A stretch of 48,523 nt of DNA from Candidatus Zixiibacteriota bacterium. GTDB lineage: Bacteria > Zixibacteria > MSB-5A5 > GN15 > FEB-12. Below the pieces are notes generated by a model, which worked only from the letters and a program-made list of their open reading frames with translations, made no database searches and was not told the origin of the DNA. Below are positions 37,465-46,832 of this stretch, in pieces. The position numbers and the translations under genes are program-made. Location of the stretch: assembly GCA_041742355.1 (NCBI GenBank), contig JBGSIV010000040.1:1-48523 (forward strand). The letters are read 5' to 3'. The number at the start of each line of letters is the position of its first letter. Position 1 is the first letter of the stretch.

Positions 37465-37611
37465 ATGACTTCATTGTCACATGTGGCGATCCTCGCCGGG
37501 CTGGGTGTCGCGATTGTCGCGATCCTCGGCTGGGCAGTGTACGAAGTGGTGGGCTTCGTACGGAGAATCTATCCTTACGACGATACCGATGATCGGGAGG
37601 ATCTCCGTTAA
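37465..37611 (+). CDS. Small single-TM protein (48 aa)
   Basis: GGAG SD, ATG, hydrophobic helix VAILAGLGVAIVAILGWAVYEVV and an acidic tail. Confidence 0.5.
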   Translation: MTSLSHVAILAGLGVAIVAILGWAVYEVVGFVRRIYPYDDTDDREDLR

Positions 37612-37642
37612 GACCGGGAATTTTCGGATTTCCTGAAAAATC

Positions 37643-37671
37643 GACACCAATGCGTCACCACCTGACGCATT
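37643..37671. promoter_or_regulatory. Putative WYL-regulator operator, copy 2
   Basis: GACA-cca-ATGCGTCA-ccacc-TGACGCAT (perfect palindrome) lies upstream of the 37804 ORF. Confidence 0.65.
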
Positions 37672-37803
37672 CCCTTGTTTACTTGCAGAGTCAGTTCCGA
37701 GACAGCCTCCCTCGGGGCTGTCCCGGGATCACTCGGGGCAATGACGCCCCTCCCGCACTCAGTCCAATAACCACAAAACGAACCCAAATGAAGGAGGCAA
37801 CCA

Positions 37804-38145
37804 ATGGCTTACTCGGTGAGAGTTGAAGCCTACCACGGTCCTGCGACTACGCCTGTGCTGCGCCTTGAACCCCGCTGGTGGAACAAAGATCAACTGATGA
37901 GTGATTCTCGATTCGCCTCGGTCGAGGAAACGCAGGGCTACACCGACTATGTGGCCACACTGACCGTGGCGGAGTTTGCGGAGTTGCACGAGCGGTACAA
38001 ACCCGAGGTTCTGAACCGCGGCCTTTGGGATCGGCCGAACACGAGGGGGGAGAGCCTGATGTTCGACGGTCTGATCGCCGCGCTCTCGGGATCGCAATTG
38101 GTCCGGATCGTCGTGACCGTATTCGAGTGGGAGAGCGGTTACTGA
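37804..38145 (+). CDS. Hypothetical protein (113 aa)
   Basis: Strong AAGGAGG SD and ATG; plausible protein composition; no family recognised. Confidence 0.7.
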   Translation: MAYSVRVEAYHGPATTPVLRLEPRWWNKDQLMSDSRFASVEETQGYTDYVATLTVAEFAELHERYKPEVLNRGLWDRPNTRGESLMFDGLIAALSGSQLVRIVVTVFEWESGY

Positions 38146-38160
38146 GACCGGGTAACAGCC

Positions 38161-39882
38161 CTATCCTGCACTCAAGCTCCTCTCTCCTGCTCCTCCCTCG
38201 TCCATAACCTGAAACCCGGCTTTCCTCAGACGATCGTAGACCGCCCCTGTGGCAATGGCGATCAGGAGCCCGGTGGTGCGGGTCATCCCCACGTACAGCA
38301 GTTCGTTGAGATTCAGCGTCTTATCATCCAGTTCGCAGAGAATCACCACCCCGGCCTCCAGCCCCTTGAACCGCTTCACCGTCATGCTGACAATGTCTCC
38401 CGGCTTTTCCCTTGTCTCGACCAGCCTGAAGCTGCCGATCTTCTCCCCGTGCCTGAGCGATGTTCGCGCCTGGGATTTTGTCCCGAGAATCGTGATATCG
38501 GCAGGGGCGACGGCCTCAGCGCACAGCCGTTCGATTATCAGTTGTAGATGTCGATGCAGTTCCGCATCGTCGCTACAGCGGTAGAGCCGCGGCCGGGGAC
38601 CGTCGACTCCGCTCGGCTTGATCGTCTCCGGGATGCCGCAGCAGGCCTTCACCGCCTGAAACACCTGGTTGGTGTTGCGGATGTTCCGTGTCAGGGAGTA
38701 CGGGGAAACCTCGATCGACAGGTTCATTTTGCCGTGGTAGAGATTCTGGCTGCCGTCGGAGAATATGTAGATCACCTGTCCCGCGCGGTCATCGAGCAGC
38801 AACTCGAGCCCGGTCCAGTAGTTCTCGCGGATATCCTGTCCCTCGTCGACCACCAGCGCGTCGAAGCGGTGCGGTATCAGGTCGAGATTGTCGACCACGA
38901 GCGTGGGCAAAGTCACGTTCCACCAATCGTCCGTGTCTTCCTTGTGCAACGGTACGCCTGCTTCGGTAAGCCACTCCTGAAGCAGCTCCGCGATCGGACC
39001 GACCGTGATGTTGCCATGCGATTCGCACTTCCTGGACAGGTGTCGCGCCAACGGGATATTGAAGCAGAAGAACCCGACCCGTTTCCCATCGTCCGCGAGC
39101 ATTTTCGCCTTGTGTACCGCCAGCGTCGTCTTACCCGATCCGGCGCAGCCCGTGACCAGCACCCGGGGCATCTGTCCCAGGCTTGTCAGGACATCGAGCT
39201 GTTCGTCGGTGAGAGCGCTCAGTCGCTCAAACGACTGCTTGAGCCGCAGGTCAAGGCGGAGCCGTCCCTGCAGGTCGTGGACGCCCCAGAGCTGTTTCAG
39301 ACCGTCGACGACATTCAACCCATCGGCGCGGGCGATACGTTCCCCGGAAAAAGCGGATCCGAAGAGGTTGTGAATCGACTGCTTGAAGTTGAAGAGATTC
39401 TCTATATCCATTAAGCGCCAGGCCGGTACATTCGCGCGGAGCGATCTGTCGGGCAGAGCACAATCGGGGAAGAGCGCCGCGAAGTCGCTCCGAATAGACC
39501 GCCTCAGAATGCCGGGGCAGTGCTGAATCAGCAACTTCCGCAACACCCGCGCACCGGCTTCGGCCTGATCGAAGGGGTCCGTGATCACCGCCACGGCGCC
39601 GCGGCGGTCTTCTGTCTGCCATAAGCGCCGCGTCGCATCGTAAGAACAACGCCCTCCCTTGATCTCCAGCACGATAAAGCCGTACTCGGGATGGGCCAGG
39701 ACAAAATCGGCCTGGCCAACCGTGTGGCTATCGTCGATCGCGGGATCATCCCACTTCAGGTCATGGAAGACGGAGAAGGAGTTGTCCAACTCGGCCGCCA
39801 GCTTGTCGTAGACGCGCTTTTCCGATGGAACCGCGTCGGCGGAGAAGCCCGGGGTAAGGTGCGGCGGAAACATGTGAGCCAT
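38161..39882 (-). CDS. NERD nuclease fused to an SF1 (UvrD-like/DUF2075) helicase
   Basis: SE..V, ADFVL.HP..G.IVLEIKGG, DPFDQA (NERD); GCAGSGKT, VVDEGQD, LTRNIRN, FKGLEA and LYVGMTR (SF1 helicase). AGGAGG SD. Confidence 0.88.
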   Translation of the reverse strand: MAHMFPPHLTPGFSADAVPSEKRVYDKLAAELDNSFSVFHDLKWDDPAIDDSHTVGQADFVLAHPEYGFIVLEIKGGRCSYDATRRLWQTEDRRGAVAVITDPFDQAEAGARVLRKLLIQHCPGILRRSIRSDFAALFPDCALPDRSLRANVPAWRLMDIENLFNFKQSIHNLFGSAFSGERIARADGLNVVDGLKQLWGVHDLQGRLRLDLRLKQSFERLSALTDEQLDVLTSLGQMPRVLVTGCAGSGKTTLAVHKAKMLADDGKRVGFFCFNIPLARHLSRKCESHGNITVGPIAELLQEWLTEAGVPLHKEDTDDWWNVTLPTLVVDNLDLIPHRFDALVVDEGQDIRENYWTGLELLLDDRAGQVIYIFSDGSQNLYHGKMNLSIEVSPYSLTRNIRNTNQVFQAVKACCGIPETIKPSGVDGPRPRLYRCSDDAELHRHLQLIIERLCAEAVAPADITILGTKSQARTSLRHGEKIGSFRLVETREKPGDIVSMTVKRFKGLEAGVVILCELDDKTLNLNELLYVGMTRTTGLLIAIATGAVYDRLRKAGFQVMDEGGAGERSLSAG

Positions 39883-40111
39883 GGACTCCCTCCTGTCGGA
39901 TTCCGATCTTCTGTACGGACGGCTGCGCGGTGATTATCGCACTTCACGGAAACACTCCGGCCTCTCTTGTGTCAACTCTAAAGTGCGGTCAATCGGACAC
40001 CACGTGACCGTTTGTATCAAGCCAAACCTCCTCGCCGCCTCAAGGAATCGAGCGTACCGAAGTTCTCTCTCCCGTCGAACCCACTATACGTGCTTTCCCC
40101 CACTTTCTATC

Positions 40112-40140
40112 TTGACAACGTGGGTTCAATGCGCTATGTT
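40112..40140 (+). promoter_or_regulatory. Sigma70 promoter upstream of the 40494 gene
   Basis: TTGACA-N17-TATGTT. Confidence 0.6.
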
Positions 40141-40493
40141 TATTCTGTCGTAGGGCTAAATTACTTCAGTTTCTACAGGGCTAGGAGTGTCTGCCGGTAC
40201 TGAACTGAGTTCGGTTTCGCTTGCATGGTTCTCAATGCAGGGGGACGCCGCTCCAATTCTCCGGGACAGATGCTGCTTGCCAAGGAGGTGAGGCAAGAGC
40301 AGGAGTACAGGCTGCAACCGCCATGGAGGTACCCGAAACCTCTGCTCACTTACATACACGTCAAGTCAGGGCGATTCATTCTCCTCGTATATATTTACAC
40401 CTCGACGCCCGCTACAATTATAGATCTTTCGCGTCTGCACGCAGGGACCAATTCGCAGGGTTCTGCTAACCTTCATTTTCTGACGGAGGCGTC

Positions 40494-43400
40494 ATGAGAT
40501 TTTCTATTGTGCGACTCATCCTCGTTCTCGCGAGCTTTGCCGGGCTCTGGTGTGTGACGGCACCAGCCTGGGCCGCTCCGGTCATGCCTTTCGAGACATC
40601 CGGCACGGCGGTATTCTCATCCGACCGCCTGGCCTCCAGGGGCGGAGTCCCCGACCAGGCGCTCGCCCCGGGGGATCCGGTCGATTTTGACGCGGCCCTC
40701 ATTGCCGCGGGCAATTACCTCAAGGCCATGCAGGCGGATGTCACCGACGACAACGCCGGCAACGGCGTTAACGGCGTCAACGAAACGCCGAATGATCCCG
40801 ACGACGCCGGGTGGGATTGGTCGGTAAACGCCAATACGGCCCCCTTCTTCCACACCACAGTGGCCAGCGCGACCAATATCTACGGCGCCACCGCCCAGGG
40901 GCTCTACTACGCCTACCTGGAAACCGGTGACCCGTCCTACTTCACCGCGCTGAAGGACTACGCCGACGTAGCCGTGGCCGGGGGCCCGAACAACATCCGC
41001 ACCGGTACAGACATGAAGATGCTGATGCTGTTTAACGACCTGTACAGCACCCAGGTTGGCCCGACGACGGTTTACGCCGACGCGGCGAAGGCCAAGTACG
41101 ACGGGCGCATCACAGTTTATGGATCGGCCGCCGCACTCGCCGCTTATATCCGCGATGCTCGCAACTCTCAGGGATATCCCAACGGGATTATCGGCTGGGA
41201 TATTGGCATCTACGCTGTGGTGGCGCAGATGCTTTCGACGCGGTACAGCGGTACCTACGCGCAGGATGCCGATGACATCGCCGAGGTCCTCTGGCAGGAC
41301 TCGTTCAATGACAGCCCGGGTTACTTCGACGTTGTCGATGACGCGGGATTCGATCCGACGTGGACCGACAAGAATTTCTGGTGGTACACGATCGGTCTCA
41401 CGGGCCTGATCGACGCTTTCTCGGCGTCCGGCTCGCACACCGCCGAGGTTCCCGGCCTCGTCCAGCGACTGCTCGACAGCCAGTACGGCGGCGGCGGTAT
41501 CAGCGGCAGCTACGGCGCCAATCCTGATGATGAAGACTGGCAGTCGACCGGCTACGCAGCCATCTGCCTCGGGACACTTGACCAGGCCACGTACCAGGAT
41601 GCCCTCAACCGCATGGGCTACTGGGCCGGCGCCACCCAGCACACGAGCGGCGGCTGGGTCTACAGCACCGGCAGCCACTATCCTGAAATCTGCGGCGAAA
41701 TCGGCTCTGCCCTCTACTTTGCGAGCAATGACCTGACCACGGCCATTGTCGATGACGATTTTGTGGATCAGGCGACCGTGGATCTCTACAACGCCGCCAG
41801 TAGTACGAACTACACGTGGGGATACGACGCATTCGCCACGATTCAGGATGCCATGGCAGCGGTCACAGGCAGCACGATTTACGTGAACGCCGGTACCTAC
41901 AATGAGATCCTGTACATAACGATGCCCAATCTCAGCATTATCGGCGAGGATCGCGCCACCGTGATCATCGACCCCACGGGCTTACAGACGAACAATGCGG
42001 GCATCTATGTCGCAGCGGACAACGTGACGCTCATGAGCTTCACGCTCAACGCCACTCCCACGAACTCCCTGCCGCGCTATGGTTTGAAGGTGGCCGATGT
42101 GGACGGCGTGGTGATCGAGGACGTCACGGTTGAGGACTGCTACCGCAGCGGCTTCGACATGCTCGGATCCTCCAATCTGACGCTCACCAACATCGCGGCG
42201 CTCAACAACGGCGGCCACGGACTCGCGCTGACCGACTGCAACGGCGTTGCCGTCACGGATCTGACAGTGAGTGGCAATGGTTGGCAAGGCGTCAGTGTGG
42301 CAACCTGGGGACGGTACACGCCACTCGGCACGAGCGGGATCGTCTTCTCGGGCAGCAATGTGTTCGCCAACGTCTTTCAGCTCGAAATGGGGGACTACAA
42401 TAATCCGGGCGTGCCGCCGGCGGGCGACGCCATCATCACCTACAGCACCGACATTCTCGACGGCGCCGATGTGACCGTTCAGGCCGCGGACTTCGGGTTT
42501 GTCGTCCACGGCACTCAGGATGACGCCCCCGGCATGGTACGCGTCTGGTTCGTGCCGACGCTGAACGACGCCACGACCGTGCTGGCTTTGGCTCCGGTCG
42601 GTCACTTCACGGGTGTCGCCATGTTCATCGAAGATCTCGTGGATGAAACGCAATTGTACGTTTCTCCGGGCGGGACCATTCAGGCTGCGGTCGATGCCGC
42701 TGATCCCGGCGACGACGTGAATGTGCTGGCTGGCACTTACGAGGAACAGGTTGAAATTGCCAAGAACATCTCGCTGATCGGCGAGGATGCGGCGACCACA
42801 ACCGTCCAGGCGCCGCCTACGTTGGGCACGTACTTCATGACCGGGACCAACTATAACCGTCCCATTCTGTACGTACACGACGCCGATGTCGATTTCAGCA
42901 ATCTGACTATCGACGGGCTCGGTCGTGGGAACGCCAACTACCGATTCGTCGGGATTGGGTTCTGGAATGCAGGTGGATCGGTAACGGATTGCCATGTCAC
43001 CCGAATTATCGATACTCCTTTCAGCGGGTCACAGCACGGCAACGGCATCTACGCCCACAACAACACCGGTGGCCCGTATGCAATTGACATGACGGGCGTG
43101 ACGGTCGACCTTTTCCAGAAGAACGGTATCACTCTTATCGGCGCCGGACTTACTGCGACGGTCACCGGGTGCGACGTTCAGGGTGCGGGCCCGACCTCGG
43201 TCACCGCACAGAACGGCATCCAGATGGGCTACGGGTCCGGTGGTTCGATTACCGACTGCTCGATCGACGGCCTTGCCTGGATCGGCGCCAGCTGGGTTGC
43301 TGCCGGCATTCTTCTGTATCAGGGTGCGCCGGTTGACATCATCGGTACCGAAGTCACCAACTCGCAGGCCTGCGTCATCTACCAGGAAACCAACGGCGCT

Positions 43401-45989
43401 GTCAGCGACCTGACGGTGCAAACTGCCGGTGTGGCCAGTACTGAAGGCATTTCGGTACGCGACTACGGTGAAGTCAAGAGTGCGGTCGAGGCTCCGCTAG
43501 CGATCGCTCCGGTGGATGCCGAATTCGCGACGACCGCCGATCTCAAAGTGGCGCCGACCACTGTCGTAATCGACGGCGCAACGCTCACCGGCGCTGCCAA
43601 CACCGGCTACGGCATTGCGGCCTGGTCATGGGGCGACGATGCCAATGTCACGGTAACCAACAGCACGCTGAAGAACTGGGAGATCGCGCTGGTTGCGTAC
43701 GAGAACGGCAGCACGGTCGACATGACTGCCTCGCAGAACATAATCGAGGGCAATATCTACGGCGCGTACACAAACGCGATCGCACCGCAGATGTTCGAAG
43801 AGAACTACTGGGGTTCGTTCGATGGCCCTGCTGACATCAGCGGAACGCAGGAAGCCTCGATCGGTGTCTGCCTCTCCGCGGCCGATATGGTCAACGCGGT
43901 TGCGGAACTCATGCCGTCCCTGGGCGATACGGCCGACGGCCTGCTCGACTACTGCCCCTGGATTTCCTCCGGCGTACAGTTCAGCACCGACAACATCCTC
44001 CACTACTGCCCGGGCAACATCTCCTTCAATGTTGAAGCGTCCTCGGCGCTGCTCGGCCTCGAAGGCGCCAACATCGCCATCGAATTCCCGGCGCAGCTCT
44101 CGTTCGTGAACGCGGTGGTTGCCGACGCCAACTACCAGCTGCTGCCAATCAGCCAGTCGTCCGATGGCATCGGCTATGACACGGTGTACATCCCGTTCAT
44201 CGTGAAAACAGGCTGGCTCGACGGCCCGGCGACGATGTACACCATCAACATGGCGGCGAACAACGACATCTGCACGGCCGATCAGATCCGTATGATCTCG
44301 GCGGATCTCCGCGACACGGCCAATGTCGCCATTCCGACTCCGCCGGCCCTGCCAATCGCGGTAACCGTCGATTGCAGTGACCCGTCGATTGCCACTACCA
44401 CAGCGGCGGGCGGCTACTACAATGTTCCCCCGGTCCTTGCCCTCCAGGCCGCGGAGAACTGCGACCTCGACGCGATCTACTATCAGGTCGACGGTTGTGA
44501 TGCCGGGTCGTGGTCAGTAATCGCCTCCGGTCTGTCCGGCGCGGCGTACGCCGCCAACTGGACATTGCCTGCGGCGGTGTTTAACGGCCTGACTGAAGCT
44601 TCTCACTGCATTCGGTTCAAGGTGACCGACGATGCCGGCCGAGCCAATGCCGACTCGTGCACCTACACCTGGTGCTTCACCAAGGACGTGACGGCTCCGC
44701 TGTCGCCGACCAATCTGGTCGCGGCTCCCGGTCACAACAAGGTGAGGCTCTCGTGGAACAACGCCGCGAGCGATTTCGATCGTACCGTTATCATGCGGAC
44801 AGACTGGAACGCCGCAGGTCATGGGTATCCTGAGTACGGCTCGCTGAATGGCGCACCCGAGGGGCCCTACCCGGCCAACCTCGCCACGGGTGACCTCGTA
44901 GTCACGACGACCGGAGTCGCGCATGTCGACGTTCTCGATCTGTCGAATGCGACGCGGGACATCTACCACTACGCCGCCTTCACTGTCGACGCAGCGGGGA
45001 ACGTGTCCGCTCCGGCCACAGCCCGGTCGACCTCCTATTGGATCGGCGATGTCGCCGGCGGCGGAGGAGTGGGCGACTATGACGGCTATGTCTTCGCCGA
45101 GGATCTCAATCCTCTGACAATCGTGTACGGAACGGCCGAAGGGGACGCGAACTTCAGCTCGCTGCTGGATTTCGGTCCGACCACGCCGGGCGGGGCGAAA
45201 GACATACCGGTTCCGGATGACTCAATCAATTTCGAGGACGGTATCCTCTTCGCCATCAACTTCGACATCGTGAATCCGCTCCTGAAACCGGCCTCGTTGT
45301 TCGATAACCAGGCGGTTAGCGGCCCGCTCGCTGTGACGTTGTCACCCGGCGATAACGGCTACACGCTGGCCCTGGTCAACAACAGCGGCGAGGTGAAGGG
45401 CCTTCACGTTGTCGTCTCGTTGGCTCCGGGAACGTCCTTTGCCGGCGCGACCCTGTCCGATGCCGTGCGCGCCTTCGATCAGCCCTACCTGGCCAAAACG
45501 ATGGTCGCATCCGACCACGTGACGTTCGACTTCATTCTCATGGGCCAGGATCGGACGATCATCGGCAGCGGGCCATTGGCGACGCTGGCCTTTGCGACTC
45601 AGGATGGGAGCACCCCGGTAATCAGCCTGACCGAGGTCACGGTGCGCGATCGGAGCAATGCCCCGGTCGAGGCGCTGGCCGTGGTGGAGTCGTCTCCGGG
45701 GCTCATCCCGATATCCTTCGCCCTTGAGCAGAACTTCCCGAACCCATTCAATCCGTCGACCACGATCGAGTACAGCCTGCCGGTCAGCGGCCAGGTCCGC
45801 CTCGAGGTATTCAACCTGCTCGGACAGCATGTCTGCACGCTGGTTGACCGCTTCGAAGAGGCCGGGCTTCACTCGGCGACGTGGGACAGCCAGGATGCAT
45901 CGGGATCCCGTGTTTCCAGCGGGGTCTACCTGTACCGGATTACGGCGGGAAGCTACACTGAAACCCGCAAGATGATGATGCTGAAGTAA
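40494..45989 (+). CDS. 1831-aa secreted modular protein: alpha/alpha-toroid-like N-terminus, two right-handed beta-helix modules, cohesin-like, FN3-like and dockerin-like regions, FlgD/T9SS-type CTD
   Basis: Signal peptide; QxxxGGW-type repeats; two TIQ.A..A......V.AGTY.E starts; C-terminal LEQNFPNPFNPSTTIEY...SSGVYLYRI...RKMMMLK. Confidence 0.85.
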   Translation: MRFSIVRLILVLASFAGLWCVTAPAWAAPVMPFETSGTAVFSSDRLASRGGVPDQALAPGDPVDFDAALIAAGNYLKAMQADVTDDNAGNGVNGVNETPNDPDDAGWDWSVNANTAPFFHTTVASATNIYGATAQGLYYAYLETGDPSYFTALKDYADVAVAGGPNNIRTGTDMKMLMLFNDLYSTQVGPTTVYADAAKAKYDGRITVYGSAAALAAYIRDARNSQGYPNGIIGWDIGIYAVVAQMLSTRYSGTYAQDADDIAEVLWQDSFNDSPGYFDVVDDAGFDPTWTDKNFWWYTIGLTGLIDAFSASGSHTAEVPGLVQRLLDSQYGGGGISGSYGANPDDEDWQSTGYAAICLGTLDQATYQDALNRMGYWAGATQHTSGGWVYSTGSHYPEICGEIGSALYFASNDLTTAIVDDDFVDQATVDLYNAASSTNYTWGYDAFATIQDAMAAVTGSTIYVNAGTYNEILYITMPNLSIIGEDRATVIIDPTGLQTNNAGIYVAADNVTLMSFTLNATPTNSLPRYGLKVADVDGVVIEDVTVEDCYRSGFDMLGSSNLTLTNIAALNNGGHGLALTDCNGVAVTDLTVSGNGWQGVSVATWGRYTPLGTSGIVFSGSNVFANVFQLEMGDYNNPGVPPAGDAIITYSTDILDGADVTVQAADFGFVVHGTQDDAPGMVRVWFVPTLNDATTVLALAPVGHFTGVAMFIEDLVDETQLYVSPGGTIQAAVDAADPGDDVNVLAGTYEEQVEIAKNISLIGEDAATTTVQAPPTLGTYFMTGTNYNRPILYVHDADVDFSNLTIDGLGRGNANYRFVGIGFWNAGGSVTDCHVTRIIDTPFSGSQHGNGIYAHNNTGGPYAIDMTGVTVDLFQKNGITLIGAGLTATVTGCDVQGAGPTSVTAQNGIQMGYGSGGSITDCSIDGLAWIGASWVAAGILLYQGAPVDIIGTEVTNSQACVIYQETNGAVSDLTVQTAGVASTEGISVRDYGEVKSAVEAPLAIAPVDAEFATTADLKVAPTTVVIDGATLTGAANTGYGIAAWSWGDDANVTVTNSTLKNWEIALVAYENGSTVDMTASQNIIEGNIYGAYTNAIAPQMFEENYWGSFDGPADISGTQEASIGVCLSAADMVNAVAELMPSLGDTADGLLDYCPWISSGVQFSTDNILHYCPGNISFNVEASSALLGLEGANIAIEFPAQLSFVNAVVADANYQLLPISQSSDGIGYDTVYIPFIVKTGWLDGPATMYTINMAANNDICTADQIRMISADLRDTANVAIPTPPALPIAVTVDCSDPSIATTTAAGGYYNVPPVLALQAAENCDLDAIYYQVDGCDAGSWSVIASGLSGAAYAANWTLPAAVFNGLTEASHCIRFKVTDDAGRANADSCTYTWCFTKDVTAPLSPTNLVAAPGHNKVRLSWNNAASDFDRTVIMRTDWNAAGHGYPEYGSLNGAPEGPYPANLATGDLVVTTTGVAHVDVLDLSNATRDIYHYAAFTVDAAGNVSAPATARSTSYWIGDVAGGGGVGDYDGYVFAEDLNPLTIVYGTAEGDANFSSLLDFGPTTPGGAKDIPVPDDSINFEDGILFAINFDIVNPLLKPASLFDNQAVSGPLAVTLSPGDNGYTLALVNNSGEVKGLHVVVSLAPGTSFAGATLSDAVRAFDQPYLAKTMVASDHVTFDFILMGQDRTIIGSGPLATLAFATQDGSTPVISLTEVTVRDRSNAPVEALAVVESSPGLIPISFALEQNFPNPFNPSTTIEYSLPVSGQVRLEVFNLLGQHVCTLVDRFEEAGLHSATWDSQDASGSRVSSGVYLYRITAGSYTETRKMMMLK

Positions 45990-46012
45990 ACAGGAGCATC
46001 GGCACTAGAGGC

Positions 46013-46045
46013 GGGAGGCGCCGACCCGGACAGTCGGCGCCTCCC
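46013..46045 (+). terminator. Strong 13-bp stem-loop without a clear U-tract (terminator or mRNA-stabilising hairpin)
   Basis: GGGAGGCGCCGAC-ccggaca-GTCGGCGCCTCCC. Confidence 0.6.
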
Positions 46046-46072
46046 CCGTTAAGCACTCTGAGAGGTTGCATC

Positions 46073-46828
46073 ATGGCAAGCATACTTCGAGATTTCTTGA
46101 CGCTCCTCCTCCTGCTGGCGGCCCTCGGGCCATCGGGCAGCGCCGCCACAGACGAACGGGTTTACTTCAGTCCGCCGATCGCAGCGGTGGCCGCGGGAGA
46201 TACGCTGAGCGTTTACGTGTCGATTGACAGCGGCATTTCGCTGGTCCACTACTACCGCGTTCGACTTCAGTATGACCGGTCGATTCTGCACCTCGATACG
46301 ATCGTGCCGAGCCGCGCCTGGGACTCGATCGCCCTGAAGTACTCCGGCCACAGCTTTTTCTACAAGGACTCGCTCGATCCAATCTCCGGGGAGCAGTATC
46401 ACGATCTGTTCTCGGCGTTCTACACGCAGCCGCCGCACATTGACGGTCCAAACCAGTTGGCCAGGATCCGCTTCACCGCCCTGCAGAGCGGGATCAGCCC
46501 GGTCGAGTTCTACTCCTACCGCCTGGAGAACAATGTCGGGCTCGGGCAGCTGATTCCATGCGGCGCGACCGACGGCCTGGTGTATGTCTGCCCCTTGCCG
46601 GAGGGATTCATGCCGGGCAATATGGACGGCAAGCCCGGCATCAACGTGGCCGACCTCACCTACCTGGTTTCTTACCTGTTCCGCGGTGGGACAGCGCCGA
46701 TCCCGTTGTACTTGAATGCCGACGTCAACTGCGATCTCTCTGTCAACGTGGCCGACCTCACCTACCTGGTCAGTTACCTGTTCCGCGACGGACTTCCTCC
46801 GTGCGATCCGTGCAACCAAGGAGAATAG
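46073..46828 (+). CDS. Secreted cohesin-like plus dockerin-like protein
   Basis: Signal peptide; GDTLSVYVSI..LQYDRSIL..LARIRFTA (cohesin-like); two G/DxNxD..INVADLTYLVSYLFR repeats. Confidence 0.75.
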   Translation: MASILRDFLTLLLLLAALGPSGSAATDERVYFSPPIAAVAAGDTLSVYVSIDSGISLVHYYRVRLQYDRSILHLDTIVPSRAWDSIALKYSGHSFFYKDSLDPISGEQYHDLFSAFYTQPPHIDGPNQLARIRFTALQSGISPVEFYSYRLENNVGLGQLIPCGATDGLVYVCPLPEGFMPGNMDGKPGINVADLTYLVSYLFRGGTAPIPLYLNADVNCDLSVNVADLTYLVSYLFRDGLPPCDPCNQGE

Positions 46829-46832
46829 CAAT

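Noticed and set aside
40141..40493. Known riboswitch (c-di-GMP-I, cobalamin, TPP)
   Set aside because: I could not find the conserved core motifs by eye; retained only as an unexplained long leader.
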